Below are positions 47,777 to 58,163 of a stretch of DNA of 64,000 nucleotides, piece after piece. Position numbers and translations under genes: made by a program. The stretch comes from an uncultured Muribaculaceae bacterium (GTDB taxonomy: Bacteria; Bacillota_I; Bacilli_A; RF39; UBA660), in NCBI GenBank assembly GCA_964555585.1, contig CAZKSN010000001.1, positions 58,709 through 122,708 on the forward strand. The letters are read 5' to 3'. Each line of letters begins with the position of its first letter. Positions within the stretch are counted from its first letter, which is position 1. The notes below the pieces were generated by a model, which was not told the origin of the DNA, searched no databases, and saw only the letters and a list, made by a program, of their open reading frames with translations.

Positions 47777-50293
47777 TTACCTTCCTCCAATAGAGGGTTC
47801 ATCTTCACCTGAAATTACCTGAGTACCGTCTGTTCCATTAATTAAATCTTCATAATCTTCAAATGCTTTATCTGCTGCACCTCCTGCATTAGCAGCTTCG
47901 CCAGGAGTTATTACTTCATCTTCAATTAATTCGGGTATATCTGCCTCAGTTACTTCATCACCTGTAGATGGTAAAGGTTCAGTTACTGCTCTTGCATTTT
48001 CAATTTCAGCTTCAATTTTAGCATAATCAATATTTGTAATATTTATTGTACCATTAGTATTTTGAGATACAGTAGCCACATTGCTTATTTTTAAAGTATC
48101 TCCGTCTAAATCCATATATGCACTTCCTGTGCCATCAACATAACCTCTAACTCCTGCAACTGTTACAATAACAGATTCACTTGTAGGAATTTCAGATATC
48201 TCTGGATTTGTTATTGTTTGATCTGGTGTAACAATATATTGACCTGGTGTTACTACTGGTTGTTCTGGCTCCTCAGGCTGTTCTGGCTCTTCAGGATTTT
48301 CTGGTTGCTCAGGTTCTTCTGGCTGATCTGGTTGCTGTGGTCTGTCAGGTCTATCTGGTCTTTCTGGTGTTGAAGGAGTTACTATTTCTACTTCTCCCTC
48401 TTCTTCTGGAACTTCTGTAGTAATCGGCAAATCATCTTTTGGCTGTTCTTCAATAGTTTGAGTTTGTGCTGGAGGTATATTATCAGGAACTACTTGAGTC
48501 TTTGGCTTAATAAAAGTTAAACCCACTACCGCAGTCGCTGCAGCTAACGCAATATAAAATATTGCTCGTAATTTTTTATTATTTTTTAATTTATCAAATA
48601 ATTTTTTTGCACCATCTACAAATCTAGCAATTGGTGTGGGCTTTTCTTCTGGATCATCATCTTTAGGCTCAAGTTCTTTAGCTTTTTTCTTAGCTTTTTC
48701 CTGATCTTCTAATGACAATCCTGCAAGAACTCTTTTGTATATTTCTTTTTGTTCTTCAGTTAACTCATTATCTTTTTCTTCACTCTTTGGTAATTTATTT
48801 ATTATTTGATTAAATCTATCTGCTATAGAAAGTTTTAAATATTGTTCTCTTAATTTTAAAGCATTTAATTCCCTTTTTTTATTTGAAACTATATTTTCTT
48901 CAAATCTTCTATCAGATCTATTTATTTTTGATTTTAAATTAATATTTTTAATTAATTCTTCAAATCTTTCTCTTTTACTAACTCTTGATTCGATTCCTAA
49001 ATCAATATTTTTATTTTCTGCATCTAAAGCTGTATTATTATGTTTTAATTCATTAATATTTGACTTAATAGCTTTATTTTCTGTTTTTAAATCAGTTAAT
49101 GATTTCTTTTGCTTGTTTGTTAAGTTTTCTTTAGATTCAAGTTTTTTAATTTCATTATCGTTTAAAGTTAATTTTTCTTTTGCAGACTTAATTGTTGCAT
49201 TATTATTTTTTATTTGAACATTATTTTGAACTTTCTTTTGTTCTGCATTATAATCTTCTACATCAAGATCTCTAATATATTTATTACATCTTGCTTTTTG
49301 AGATTCTTCTATTTCATATTGATTAATTAATTCTCCATCTGGATTTTTTGGATCTTTTATTAATCCTAAATTTTTAATATTTTCTTCATGTTCTTTTATT
49401 TCTAATTCTAGCTGCTCTTTCATAGATGCAATTTCTTCTATTTCTTTTTCACGAGATTCCTGATCAATCTTGGTTATACTTAAAGCTGCTCTTAGAGGTT
49501 CTAATCTTCTTCTAACCTCAGCTTCATCTATTAAATCTCTTTCAAAATCTCTAATAATATATTGCATTTCTAAAATAGGATCAATGGTTAAATCAATATA
49601 TGCCTGTTGTAAAGCTGCTAATTTATTTTTTAATTCATTATTTCTTCTAATATCATCAAGATAAAAGTTATCAGAATTTTCTCTTCTGAAATTATCTAAA
49701 GCTTCTTTTAAAGCCTCAACTTCTGCTCTACGATTGTTTAGTGTTTCTTCAAATCTTCTTAAAGTTACTTTTTTCTTTTCAAGATTTGCGTTCTTTCTTC
49801 TTATTCTATCTTCTATTTTAGCTATATTTTCTTCTCTTTTTATTCTATTTAATCTGATACCATCAAGTCTTACTCTATAAAACCTAGCTGTTTCAGGATT
49901 AGATGAATTTGCTTTTGATTCATAATCTCTAATAGTTTGATCATATTTTGCATTAATTTCTGATTCTCTTTCCAATAAAGCTTTATCTTTTTCAATATCA
50001 CTTTCATAACCATTAATTGAAGATTGAAGAGATTCAAATTTTTCTTCACTTTTTGCTAAGTTTTCTTCAGCTTCTTCCAATTCAAGTTCTTTCATACTTA
50101 AATCAAAAGTAGGAGTTTCATCAATTCCATCTAATTTATCTTGAAGAGAATGTAATTCTTCTTCAGTACTTGAAATTAATTTACTAATTTCAAAAGACTG
50201 AGTCATTCTTTGATATGCATCCTTTTTAGCAACATCTGATGGTATTGATATCACTAAATTATTTAATTCCATTAATAATTCATCTTTATTCAT
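47777..50293 (-). CDS. large bitopic protein: ~570-aa cytoplasmic coiled-coil region, one TM, PE-repeat linker and C-terminal extracellular domain
   Basis: Long Glu/Lys/Asn/Leu-rich heptad-like region. TM LRAIFYIALAAATAVVGLTFI. Then PDRPDRPQQPDQPEEPEQPENPEEPEQPEEPEQP and a Gly/Thr/Val-rich C-terminal domain. Confidence 0.6.
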   Translation of the reverse strand: MNKDELLMELNNLVISIPSDVAKKDAYQRMTQSFEISKLISSTEEELHSLQDKLDGIDETPTFDLSMKELELEEAEENLAKSEEKFESLQSSINGYESDIEKDKALLERESEINAKYDQTIRDYESKANSSNPETARFYRVRLDGIRLNRIKREENIAKIEDRIRRKNANLEKKKVTLRRFEETLNNRRAEVEALKEALDNFRRENSDNFYLDDIRRNNELKNKLAALQQAYIDLTIDPILEMQYIIRDFERDLIDEAEVRRRLEPLRAALSITKIDQESREKEIEEIASMKEQLELEIKEHEENIKNLGLIKDPKNPDGELINQYEIEESQKARCNKYIRDLDVEDYNAEQKKVQNNVQIKNNNATIKSAKEKLTLNDNEIKKLESKENLTNKQKKSLTDLKTENKAIKSNINELKHNNTALDAENKNIDLGIESRVSKRERFEELIKNINLKSKINRSDRRFEENIVSNKKRELNALKLREQYLKLSIADRFNQIINKLPKSEEKDNELTEEQKEIYKRVLAGLSLEDQEKAKKKAKELEPKDDDPEEKPTPIARFVDGAKKLFDKLKNNKKLRAIFYIALAAATAVVGLTFIKPKTQVVPDNIPPAQTQTIEEQPKDDLPITTEVPEEEGEVEIVTPSTPERPDRPDRPQQPDQPEEPEQPENPEEPEQPEEPEQPVVTPGQYIVTPDQTITNPEISEIPTSESVIVTVAGVRGYVDGTGSAYMDLDGDTLKISNVATVSQNTNGTINITNIDYAKIEAEIENARAVTEPLPSTGDEVTEADIPELIEDEVITPGEAANAGGAADKAFEDYEDLINGTDGTQVISGEDEPSIGGR
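48255..48366 (-). repeat. in-frame tandem nucleotide repeats encoding (P-E-E/Q/N-P-E-Q)n linker
   Basis: Plus-strand ttctggctcctcagg / ttctggctcttcagg / ttctggttgctcagg / ttctggctgatctgg: ~18-nt units inside the 838-aa ORF. Confidence 0.6.
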
Positions 50294-50298
50294 AATTT

Positions 50299-52008
50299 CT
50301 ACTCCTTATTCCTGTAAAATAACTTTAATGCGTATTTTATATCACCACTTGCATTTATGTCTGATAATGTATTTACAGGATATCCCAATTCTTTAAATTT
50401 ACTGATCATTTCAGATTCCTGTTGATAATTTGTAAATATGCTTAACCAGTTTTCTTCTGAAATACTGTCTACATTCTGTAATTTCACTTTCTGTTTTGAT
50501 TGTATTTCCCTATATGAGGAACTCTTAGGTTTTGTACTTGACCAGTCTGTCCATGAAGTCCATCTGTAATTAGTGGTTCTTGTCGCATTTTCATCCGGAG
50601 CTTCCACTGAATATCCACTTACCTGTCCGGATACTAATTTGTACCATTTATATGCTGTGGTTTCAGTTGTCATATCCTTTAATGCGCCAGTAACCGGAGC
50701 TGTTTTATAAAATACCTTTTCATTTGTTACATTGCTTTGTCCGCTTGGATAATAACTTCTTATCTCATCAGTAAATCTGTACCATTGATATACAGTTATT
50801 GATACAGTTTTACAAATATCAGATCCTCCAGTACATGGAGTTGAAGTAAAGCTTGACCAAGCACTGTAGGTTCCACAAGCTGAATTATCTGCTTTTAATG
50901 TACCACTTTCACATCTATAACAAGTTGATGTTTCTGATGTTTCAGTCAATCCATTATCACAAGTATAAAAATCATCAACATAAATTGTATGAGTTGGATT
51001 ATTTATATTTTCACTACAAGTAACATATGAAGTTACATTGTTTGGATCTGTTGCACTTGCACATTCCCACATATGAGTTGAACTTGTTGTAGTTGGGGTT
51101 CCAGTTGTAGTCCAGGTTCTTGTAGTATATCTTGTATACTGTATTCCATTTGCATAATAATTGAATTCATCGTTTGGTTGAGTCGCACTATAAAGCCTGT
51201 CTCCATTTTCATCTTCCCAATATACTCTTTCATCTCCACCGGTTGCAGTATACCATTTGGCAACAGTAGTAGCATTGTCATATTTATCATAACCAGTCTT
51301 TGGTGATGAAGTGTAATATTCTTTTACATCTGAGGCTTTTGTTTTATCTCCAGTACTTGTATAGTAATATTTCTCATTTAAATTCCAAATATATTCTTTA
51401 TCTCTATAAATATAATAGTTTGTTATTGATAGTGTTTTATAATTTGTATAAGGAATGTCTTCTTTCCAATATTCTTCAACTTTTCCTAAATTTGCATTTT
51501 CTAAATCTAAATACTTTCCTAAAAATGTAAATTTAATGTCAGATTCATCAGCGATTAAATCTGCTTCTGTTCCTTCCTTCCATTCTCCATAATAATCATC
51601 TGATTTATAGTCATCACAAACCAATAAAGGTACCCATTGTAATTTTTTACTTTCAAGCATACATACTTTTACATATGTTGTTTCATCATCACAATTACTA
51701 TATTTGTCAGGATTTAATAAGCCAAAATCAGATAGTATTTTTAATGAAACTGTAGAACATTCACCAGCTGAAGTTGGCAGTAAATATTCATTGTTTTCAT
51801 AATATTCTTTTCCAGCTTCCAGTAACGTTGTCTCTAATTCATTTTTTGGTTCTTCAGTTTTATTACATCCTTTAAACAGAAAAACAATTACAATTACTCC
51901 AAGAATAACTAATAATGCAATTCCTATTCTTTTTAAATTCATTAATTTTCTTTCTCTATTTTCTTCTTCTGCTGAATAATATTCATCATCATTATAATCT
52001 TTATTCAA
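50299..52008 (-). CDS. membrane-anchored protein with large Cys/Tyr/Thr/Trp-rich ectodomain
   Basis: TTG start with AGGAGG RBS 8 nt upstream. Short acidic cytoplasmic N-terminus, one TM (IGIALLVILGVIVIVFLF). Ectodomain with many Cys and YxT/WT repeats. No recognisable domain. Six nt upstream of the 838-aa gene. Confidence 0.55.
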   Translation of the reverse strand: MNKDYNDDEYYSAEEENRERKLMNLKRIGIALLVILGVIVIVFLFKGCNKTEEPKNELETTLLEAGKEYYENNEYLLPTSAGECSTVSLKILSDFGLLNPDKYSNCDDETTYVKVCMLESKKLQWVPLLVCDDYKSDDYYGEWKEGTEADLIADESDIKFTFLGKYLDLENANLGKVEEYWKEDIPYTNYKTLSITNYYIYRDKEYIWNLNEKYYYTSTGDKTKASDVKEYYTSSPKTGYDKYDNATTVAKWYTATGGDERVYWEDENGDRLYSATQPNDEFNYYANGIQYTRYTTRTWTTTGTPTTTSSTHMWECASATDPNNVTSYVTCSENINNPTHTIYVDDFYTCDNGLTETSETSTCYRCESGTLKADNSACGTYSAWSSFTSTPCTGGSDICKTVSITVYQWYRFTDEIRSYYPSGQSNVTNEKVFYKTAPVTGALKDMTTETTAYKWYKLVSGQVSGYSVEAPDENATRTTNYRWTSWTDWSSTKPKSSSYREIQSKQKVKLQNVDSISEENWLSIFTNYQQESEMISKFKELGYPVNTLSDINASGDIKYALKLFYRNKE

Positions 52009-52090
52009 ATTAAAAGACCTCCTATTTATACTAAGAACATTGTATCATTATTCAACATAAAATGCAATTGATAAGTAAAAAAAAGTGATA

Positions 52091-52774
52091 TTAAACTTTC
52101 ATTAAATTTTTAAGTTTTTTTATCACTTTTTTCTCAATTCTGGAAATATAAGACTGACTTATTTTTAACTTGTCTGCAACTTCTTTTTGAGTATATTCTT
52201 TTCTGTTTAACAATCCATATCTCATAATAATTATTTCTTTATCTCTTTCATTTAATTTATTTATTTCTTCCAACAGAATACTTTTATCAACAGAGTTTTC
52301 ATATTCTTTTTCCACTATATTAATATCTGTGCCAAGAACATCTTCCAGATGAAGCTCATTACCTTCACCATCCAAGTTAATGGAATCTTCAAAACTCACT
52401 TCCACTTTTTTTCTTTTATTCTTTCTTAAAAACATTAAAATCTCATTATCTATGCATCTTGAAGCATAAGTTGCCAGTTTAATATTTTTATCCAATTTAT
52501 ATGTTGTAACTCCCTTTATTAGTCCAATAGTGCCTATGCTCACTAAATCTTCCAAATCATATGAAGTATTATCATACTTCTTTGCTAAAAATACAACTAA
52601 TCTTAGATTATGTTCAATTAAATAATTTCTTGCATTAATATCTCCGTTATTATATGCCTTAACATAATATTCTTCCTTCTTTTTAGTTAATGGGGGAGGC
52701 AGTATATCAGTACTTCCTAAATAAAATATATTATTTTTATATTTAAATATCTTCCTTAATAATTCTTTAATCAC
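52091..52774 (-). CDS. sigE: sporulation sigma factor pro-sigma-E
   Basis: FYLGSTDILPPPLTKKKEE...NGDINARNYLIEHNLRLVVFLAKKY...IKLATYASRCIDNEILMFLR...ISQSYISRIEKK closely parallels B. subtilis pro-SigE (YIGGSEALPPPLSKDEE...ERNLRLVVYIARKF...KLATYASRCIENEILMYLR). Confidence 0.85.
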   Translation of the reverse strand: MIKELLRKIFKYKNNIFYLGSTDILPPPLTKKKEEYYVKAYNNGDINARNYLIEHNLRLVVFLAKKYDNTSYDLEDLVSIGTIGLIKGVTTYKLDKNIKLATYASRCIDNEILMFLRKNKRKKVEVSFEDSINLDGEGNELHLEDVLGTDINIVEKEYENSVDKSILLEEINKLNERDKEIIIMRYGLLNRKEYTQKEVADKLKISQSYISRIEKKVIKKLKNLMKV

Positions 52775-53567
52775 TATTTCCCTCCAATAATAAATTATTT
52801 AATATACAGTTTACACCATCCATCTTAAAGTCATTTGAAGAAATTCCTACTACTATATTGTTCATTAAACCGATACCTTTTATGTATACTTTTTTAGGTA
52901 TAATACATTTCAATATACCATGAGAATCAACAGTATCATAAGGAACCAATATGAAGTTTTCCTGAGTTATTTCCTTTATTAATTTTTTATCATTCACTAT
53001 TATTACAGCTCTTTGCTTATACGGTTCTGTTAAATTATTGGCTGTATCCAAATAACCGTTTAAATTATATATTTTTCCGTTTTTTAAATATAAATCCACT
53101 TTATAGTTTAATGAATATACATTTTTAAATCTTTTTGCCTGCTTTGTATAGATATATAAAATAAGAGGACTCACTGTCAATAAAAATATATAATTTATAC
53201 TTAATCCTTTATTGTAGAAAACTAAACCAATGTTTCTATAACTAAATTCTACATTTAAATAATATAAAAAACCTCCAAGAATTATGCTTACAGAATAAAA
53301 ATAAAGTAAATTATTTATTAAATATTTTATATCTTTATAACCAAATGTAACAAGAATTATTATCACACTTAAAATTAATTTATAAAAAAATAAAATCAGA
53401 TTGCTTACATCAATAAATAATACAAGTATACTTAAACTGCCAATTATACTTGCCAGTATTATTCTTCTCATTTTTATATTTCTCTTTAATATTATACATA
53501 CTGTCAACAGAATTAAGAAATCTATTAAAAAGTTTAAAAGAAACAATAGATCCAAATATATAGTCAT
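52767..53567 (-). CDS. spoIIGA: sigma-E processing peptidase SpoIIGA
   Basis: MTIYLDLLFLLNFLIDFLILLTVCIILKR parallels B. subtilis SpoIIGA MKIYLDVIWLLNFCFDALLLLLTAFILKR. Five TM helices plus a C-terminal protease domain. Overlaps sigE by 8 nt. Confidence 0.75.
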   Translation of the reverse strand: MTIYLDLLFLLNFLIDFLILLTVCIILKRNIKMRRIILASIIGSLSILVLFIDVSNLILFFYKLILSVIIILVTFGYKDIKYLINNLLYFYSVSIILGGFLYYLNVEFSYRNIGLVFYNKGLSINYIFLLTVSPLILYIYTKQAKRFKNVYSLNYKVDLYLKNGKIYNLNGYLDTANNLTEPYKQRAVIIVNDKKLIKEITQENFILVPYDTVDSHGILKCIIPKKVYIKGIGLMNNIVVGISSNDFKMDGVNCILNNLLLEGNSD

Positions 53568-53622
53568 CTCTTCACCTTCTAACAGTATAAAAAAAACGAC
53601 ATAAGTATTTTGTCGTTTTATA

Positions 53623-54429
53623 TTATAATTCCATTTTTAATTGAAATGGTTCTTCAGGTTTGCTCTTTGGATCAAAAAGTACATTTAATGATTCCAAGTC
53701 TTTTAGTGTATCTTCTAACTTTTGATTCTCCTCCTGTATTTTATTTAATCTGTCTACTTCTTCTTTTAGAGAAATCCCAAAAGTTCTGAAGCGCTTATAT
53801 TGTATAGTTTTACCATCTCCGGAATGCAACTGAAGAATTAAATTATAAACTCCACTTTTAAAATCTGTTTTTCCATTTTCAGGTATTTTATTATAGGACA
53901 ACAGCATTTCATAAAGGTCATCTCTCATATCCTTCATTGAATCTATCTTATTTTGTCTGCAGAATTTAAATATGTTAAATTGAGGATTTTCTAATAACGG
54001 AAGTAACTTTTCATACAAAGATTCCGCGTCTTTTACATAATCAAATTCTCCAGGTTTTAACAAATCTAAAAACATAATTTGACCTTTATATTTATAAGCG
54101 ATACTAAAACTAGATAAATGTTCTACTAACTGATTTAATTCTGCAGGTTTAACTGTCTGATATCTATTCTTAACAGCTTCATCTATTGTTTTCAGAGTTG
54201 TTAGTCTTGAATCTATCTTATATCTGATGAAAGATAAATTAACCTGACCATACCTTTTTTTATGTCTCTTGAAATTACTGTATACATATTGCCTTTTTAC
54301 TGAATTTGACATTTCTTCAATCAGAGAATCTTTTATTTTTGATGCCTCAGAATCAGATTCACATGCAATTTTATGTTTTTCTCCCTGCTTTTGAACAATA
54401 ATATACCTTTTTTCACCTAAATCATTCAT
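53623..54429 (-). CDS. hypothetical soluble protein
   Basis: 268-aa ORF from MNDLGEKRY (GGGGG RBS 8 nt upstream). No TM. No recognisable motif. Confidence 0.4.
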   Translation of the reverse strand: MNDLGEKRYIIVQKQGEKHKIACESDSEASKIKDSLIEEMSNSVKRQYVYSNFKRHKKRYGQVNLSFIRYKIDSRLTTLKTIDEAVKNRYQTVKPAELNQLVEHLSSFSIAYKYKGQIMFLDLLKPGEFDYVKDAESLYEKLLPLLENPQFNIFKFCRQNKIDSMKDMRDDLYEMLLSYNKIPENGKTDFKSGVYNLILQLHSGDGKTIQYKRFRTFGISLKEEVDRLNKIQEENQKLEDTLKDLESLNVLFDPKSKPEEPFQLKMEL

Positions 54430-54521
54430 ACTAAAACCCCCATTAACAAGCATATATTATATCAAAATAATGTTTAAAAGTCAAAAAAGCACTACATTTC
54501 TATAGTGTTTTTTAATTTTAT

Positions 54522-57500
54522 TTATTCTGCTTTAGATAAGAATTTTTCTTCTAAAATTTCACTTGCATCATCACTTAAGAATTCATTTTCTAATATATAT
54601 TCTATATCAGAATATTCTTTAGCACCAGTTCCTGCTGGTATTAATTTACCAATTATTACATTTTCTTTTAGTCCATGCAATGTATCAATTTTACCTCTAA
54701 CAGAAGCATCTGTTAAGATTCTTGTTGTTTCCTGGAATGACGCAGCTGATAGGAATGAATCTGTTTCCAGAGATGCCTTGGTAATTCCCAAAAGCATTGG
54801 TTTTCCGGTAGCTGGAACCTTACCTTCTAAGATAACAGGTTTATTTCCTTCTGCAAATTCATTTATTGAAACCGAAGTACCTTCAAAGAATGAAGTATCT
54901 CCCGGATCAACAATTTTTATTTTAGATAGCATTCTTCTTACTACCAGTTCAATATGTTTATCTGAAACATCAACACCCTGAGATTTGTAAACCTTCTGAA
55001 TTTCTTTCAATATATATTCCTGAACTGTTATCGGATCGGTTACTGCCAATAATTCTTTAGGAGCAATAGATCCTTCAGTTAATGCCTGACCAGCAACAAC
55101 TGCATCTTTTAATTCTACAGTTAATCTTGTATTATACATAGTAATATGTTCTCTGGTTTCAACATCATTTGTAATATATATTTTATATTTACCTTTTTCT
55201 TCAGTGATTTTAGTTACTTTACCGTTTATTTCAGCAATAGTAGCCTTTGCCTTTGGAGTTCTAGCTTCAAATAACTCTTCAACTCTTGGAAGACCTTGAG
55301 TAATATCTCCTTCACCTGCAACACCACCGGTATGGAACGTTCTCATTGTAAGCTGTGTACCAGGTTCTCCAATACTTTGAGCTGCCATGATACCAACTGC
55401 TTCACCAATTTCAACAACATTACCTGTTGCAAGGTTATTTCCATAGCACTTGCGACAAATTCCGTTTTTAGTTTTACAGGTTAGAGTACTCTTTATCTCT
55501 AATTTTGTTATTCCAGCTTTTACTATTTTATCAACAACAGTTCCGGTGATTAATTCATTTTTATCAAGAATTAATTCCTTTGTTTCCGGATGAACAATTT
55601 TTTGATTAGTAAATCTTCCCAAAATTCTTTCCTTAAAGCTTTCAAGTACAGCTCCACTCTTTTCATCTATGAAGGCACTTACCTCAAGTCCTTGAATTGT
55701 TCCACAATCATCTTCTCTAACGATTAAATCTTGTACAACATCAACAAGTCTACGAGTTAAGTATCCTGCATCTGCAGTCTTTAAGGCTGTATCCGCAGTA
55801 CCTTTTCTACTACCGTGAGTACTTAGGAAGAATTCCTGAACATCCAGACCTTCTTTAAATGAAGCCAGGATTGGAATTTCAACGCTTTCTCCATTAGGCT
55901 TAGCCATGATTCCACGAATACCGGCCAACTGAGTCAACTGACTGAACTTTCCTCTGGCTCCTGAATTGATAATCATATACAGAGGATTATCAGCATTGGA
56001 TTTTGCCAATACTTCCAAATCTTTCTGAACCTCATCTTTTGCAGTTGCCCATAAGTTTATTACTTTTGAATGTCTTTCATCATCAGTAATTAAACCTCTT
56101 TTATATTGTTTCTGCAACTGATCTACAGTCTTCTGAGTTTCCTCTATAATTTTTGGTTTATTTAAACTTGATTCAACATCACTTAAAGCAAATGTTATAC
56201 CAGATCTTGTAGAATACTTAAATCCTAAATCCTTTAATTTATCCAGCATAATTGAAGTTTCTGTTGTTTTATATCTTTTATACACCTGAGCAATAATAGA
56301 ACTTAAGTTTTTATTACTGAATGCATTTATTAAAGGCTTCTTAGCAACTTCCTCTGTCAAATTCATTCCTCTATCAATAAAGAATTTACTTGGAGTCAGA
56401 TTTTCTATATTTTCCTGTGAAGGTTCATTCACATATGGATAAGTATCAGGTAAAATTTCATTAAATATCAATTTACCTGGTGTAGTTACTAAATATTTTT
56501 CTTTTTGTTCTTCAGTAAATATTTTATATTTAAAACTTTTTGTAGGTATGCAAATTCTTGTATGAAGAGTAATGTCACGTCTTTCATAAGCCATTAGAGC
56601 TTCATTGGAATTCTTATATACCTTTCCTTCATTTGGAAGTCCTGCCTCTTCTATAGTTAGGTAATAGTTGCCTAATACCATATCTTGAGAAGGTGCAACA
56701 ATCGGCATTCCATCTTTAGGATTGAGAATGTTTCCTGCTCCCAGCATTAATATTCTGGCTTCAGCTTGTGCTTCCTCAGAAAGAGGTACATGCACTGCCA
56801 TTTGATCTCCATCAAAGTCTGCATTAAATCCTGTACAAACAAGTGGATGAAGTCTCAACGCCTTACCTCCAACAAGTTTTGGTTCAAATGCCTGAATACC
56901 AAGCCTATGAAGTGTAGGTGCACGGTTTAACAATACCGGATGTTCTCTAATAACATCTTCCACGATATCCCATACTCTCTCATCCTGAGAATCTATTATT
57001 TTTTTAGCCCCTTTGATATTATGAGCTAAATCTCTTTTTGTAATTTCATGTATTACATGCGGTTTAAACAATTCCAAAGCCATTTCCTTAGGAATACCAC
57101 ATTGATGCATTTTTAAATCAGGTCCGACTACGATAACACTACGTCCACTATAGTCAACACGCTTACCTAATAAGTTTTGACGGAAACGTCCCTGTTTTCC
57201 TTTTAACATACTTGACAAACTCTTAAGAGGTCTGTTTCCTACACCCTGAACACTACGTCCACGTCTGCCGTTGTCAATCAAGGCATCTACTGCTTCTTGA
57301 AGCATACGTTTTTCATTTTGAACAATAATTGTAGGAGCTCCAAGTTCTATTAATTTCTTTAAACGATTATTTCTATTAATTATTCTTCTGTATAAGTCAT
57401 TTAAATCACTTGTAGCAAATCTTCCTCCGGGAAGTTGAATCATAGGTCTCAATTCCGGTGGAATAACAGGAAGAGCACGTATAATCATCCAATGAGGTTT

Positions 57501-58163
57501 ATTTCCACTGTCAATAAATGAATTAATACAGTCTAATCTCTTAATTAATCTGATTTTCTTCTGACCCTGTGATTTTTCTACTTCATTTTTTAAATTTTCT
57601 GATTCCTTTTCAAGATCCACTTCACTTAGTAATTTTTCAATTGCTTCAGCTCCCATGCCAACAGTAAAACCATTGCCATATTTCTCATAATAAAGTCTAT
57701 ACTCTTTATCTGATAATGTTTGTTTTTTCTCTAAAGGCGCAATTCCAGGATCCAATACTACATAACTTACAAAGTATAGTACCTCTTCCAAATCTCTTGG
57801 AGACATATCTAATATTTGTCCGATTTTTGGAGGTACTCCTTTTGCAAACCAAATGTGACTAACAGGAGAGGCAAGCTCTATATGTCCCATTCTTTCACGT
57901 CTTACCTTAGCACGAGTTACCTCTACTCCACATCTGTCACAAATGACATTTTTATATCTTAATCTTTTAAATTTACCGCAAGAACATTCATAGTCCTTAG
58001 TAGGTCCAAATATTTTTTCACAAAATAATCCGTCTCTTTCAGGTTTTAATGTTCTATAGTTTATGGTTTCAGGTTTTTTAACTTCACCATAAGACAATGA
58101 GCGTATTTTTTCTGGGGATGCTATTCCAATTCTTATTCCTTCGAATAAATTAACTTCCATCAT
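54522..58163 (-). CDS. rpoC: DNA-directed RNA polymerase subunit beta'
   Basis: Zn-finger [23 protein letters not shown], catalytic [12 protein letters not shown], trigger loop/bridge helix regions. 1213 aa. Confidence 0.95.
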   Translation of the reverse strand: MMEVNLFEGIRIGIASPEKIRSLSYGEVKKPETINYRTLKPERDGLFCEKIFGPTKDYECSCGKFKRLRYKNVICDRCGVEVTRAKVRRERMGHIELASPVSHIWFAKGVPPKIGQILDMSPRDLEEVLYFVSYVVLDPGIAPLEKKQTLSDKEYRLYYEKYGNGFTVGMGAEAIEKLLSEVDLEKESENLKNEVEKSQGQKKIRLIKRLDCINSFIDSGNKPHWMIIRALPVIPPELRPMIQLPGGRFATSDLNDLYRRIINRNNRLKKLIELGAPTIIVQNEKRMLQEAVDALIDNGRRGRSVQGVGNRPLKSLSSMLKGKQGRFRQNLLGKRVDYSGRSVIVVGPDLKMHQCGIPKEMALELFKPHVIHEITKRDLAHNIKGAKKIIDSQDERVWDIVEDVIREHPVLLNRAPTLHRLGIQAFEPKLVGGKALRLHPLVCTGFNADFDGDQMAVHVPLSEEAQAEARILMLGAGNILNPKDGMPIVAPSQDMVLGNYYLTIEEAGLPNEGKVYKNSNEALMAYERRDITLHTRICIPTKSFKYKIFTEEQKEKYLVTTPGKLIFNEILPDTYPYVNEPSQENIENLTPSKFFIDRGMNLTEEVAKKPLINAFSNKNLSSIIAQVYKRYKTTETSIMLDKLKDLGFKYSTRSGITFALSDVESSLNKPKIIEETQKTVDQLQKQYKRGLITDDERHSKVINLWATAKDEVQKDLEVLAKSNADNPLYMIINSGARGKFSQLTQLAGIRGIMAKPNGESVEIPILASFKEGLDVQEFFLSTHGSRKGTADTALKTADAGYLTRRLVDVVQDLIVREDDCGTIQGLEVSAFIDEKSGAVLESFKERILGRFTNQKIVHPETKELILDKNELITGTVVDKIVKAGITKLEIKSTLTCKTKNGICRKCYGNNLATGNVVEIGEAVGIMAAQSIGEPGTQLTMRTFHTGGVAGEGDITQGLPRVEELFEARTPKAKATIAEINGKVTKITEEKGKYKIYITNDVETREHITMYNTRLTVELKDAVVAGQALTEGSIAPKELLAVTDPITVQEYILKEIQKVYKSQGVDVSDKHIELVVRRMLSKIKIVDPGDTSFFEGTSVSINEFAEGNKPVILEGKVPATGKPMLLGITKASLETDSFLSAASFQETTRILTDASVRGKIDTLHGLKENVIIGKLIPAGTGAKEYSDIEYILENEFLSDDASEILEEKFLSKAE

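Noticed and set aside
49470-51530. ORFs 49470..49664 (+), 51033..51290 (-, different frame) and 51300..51530 (+)
   Set aside because: Overlap the two large sigE-sigG insert genes in alternative or antisense frames. The long frames are far better supported.
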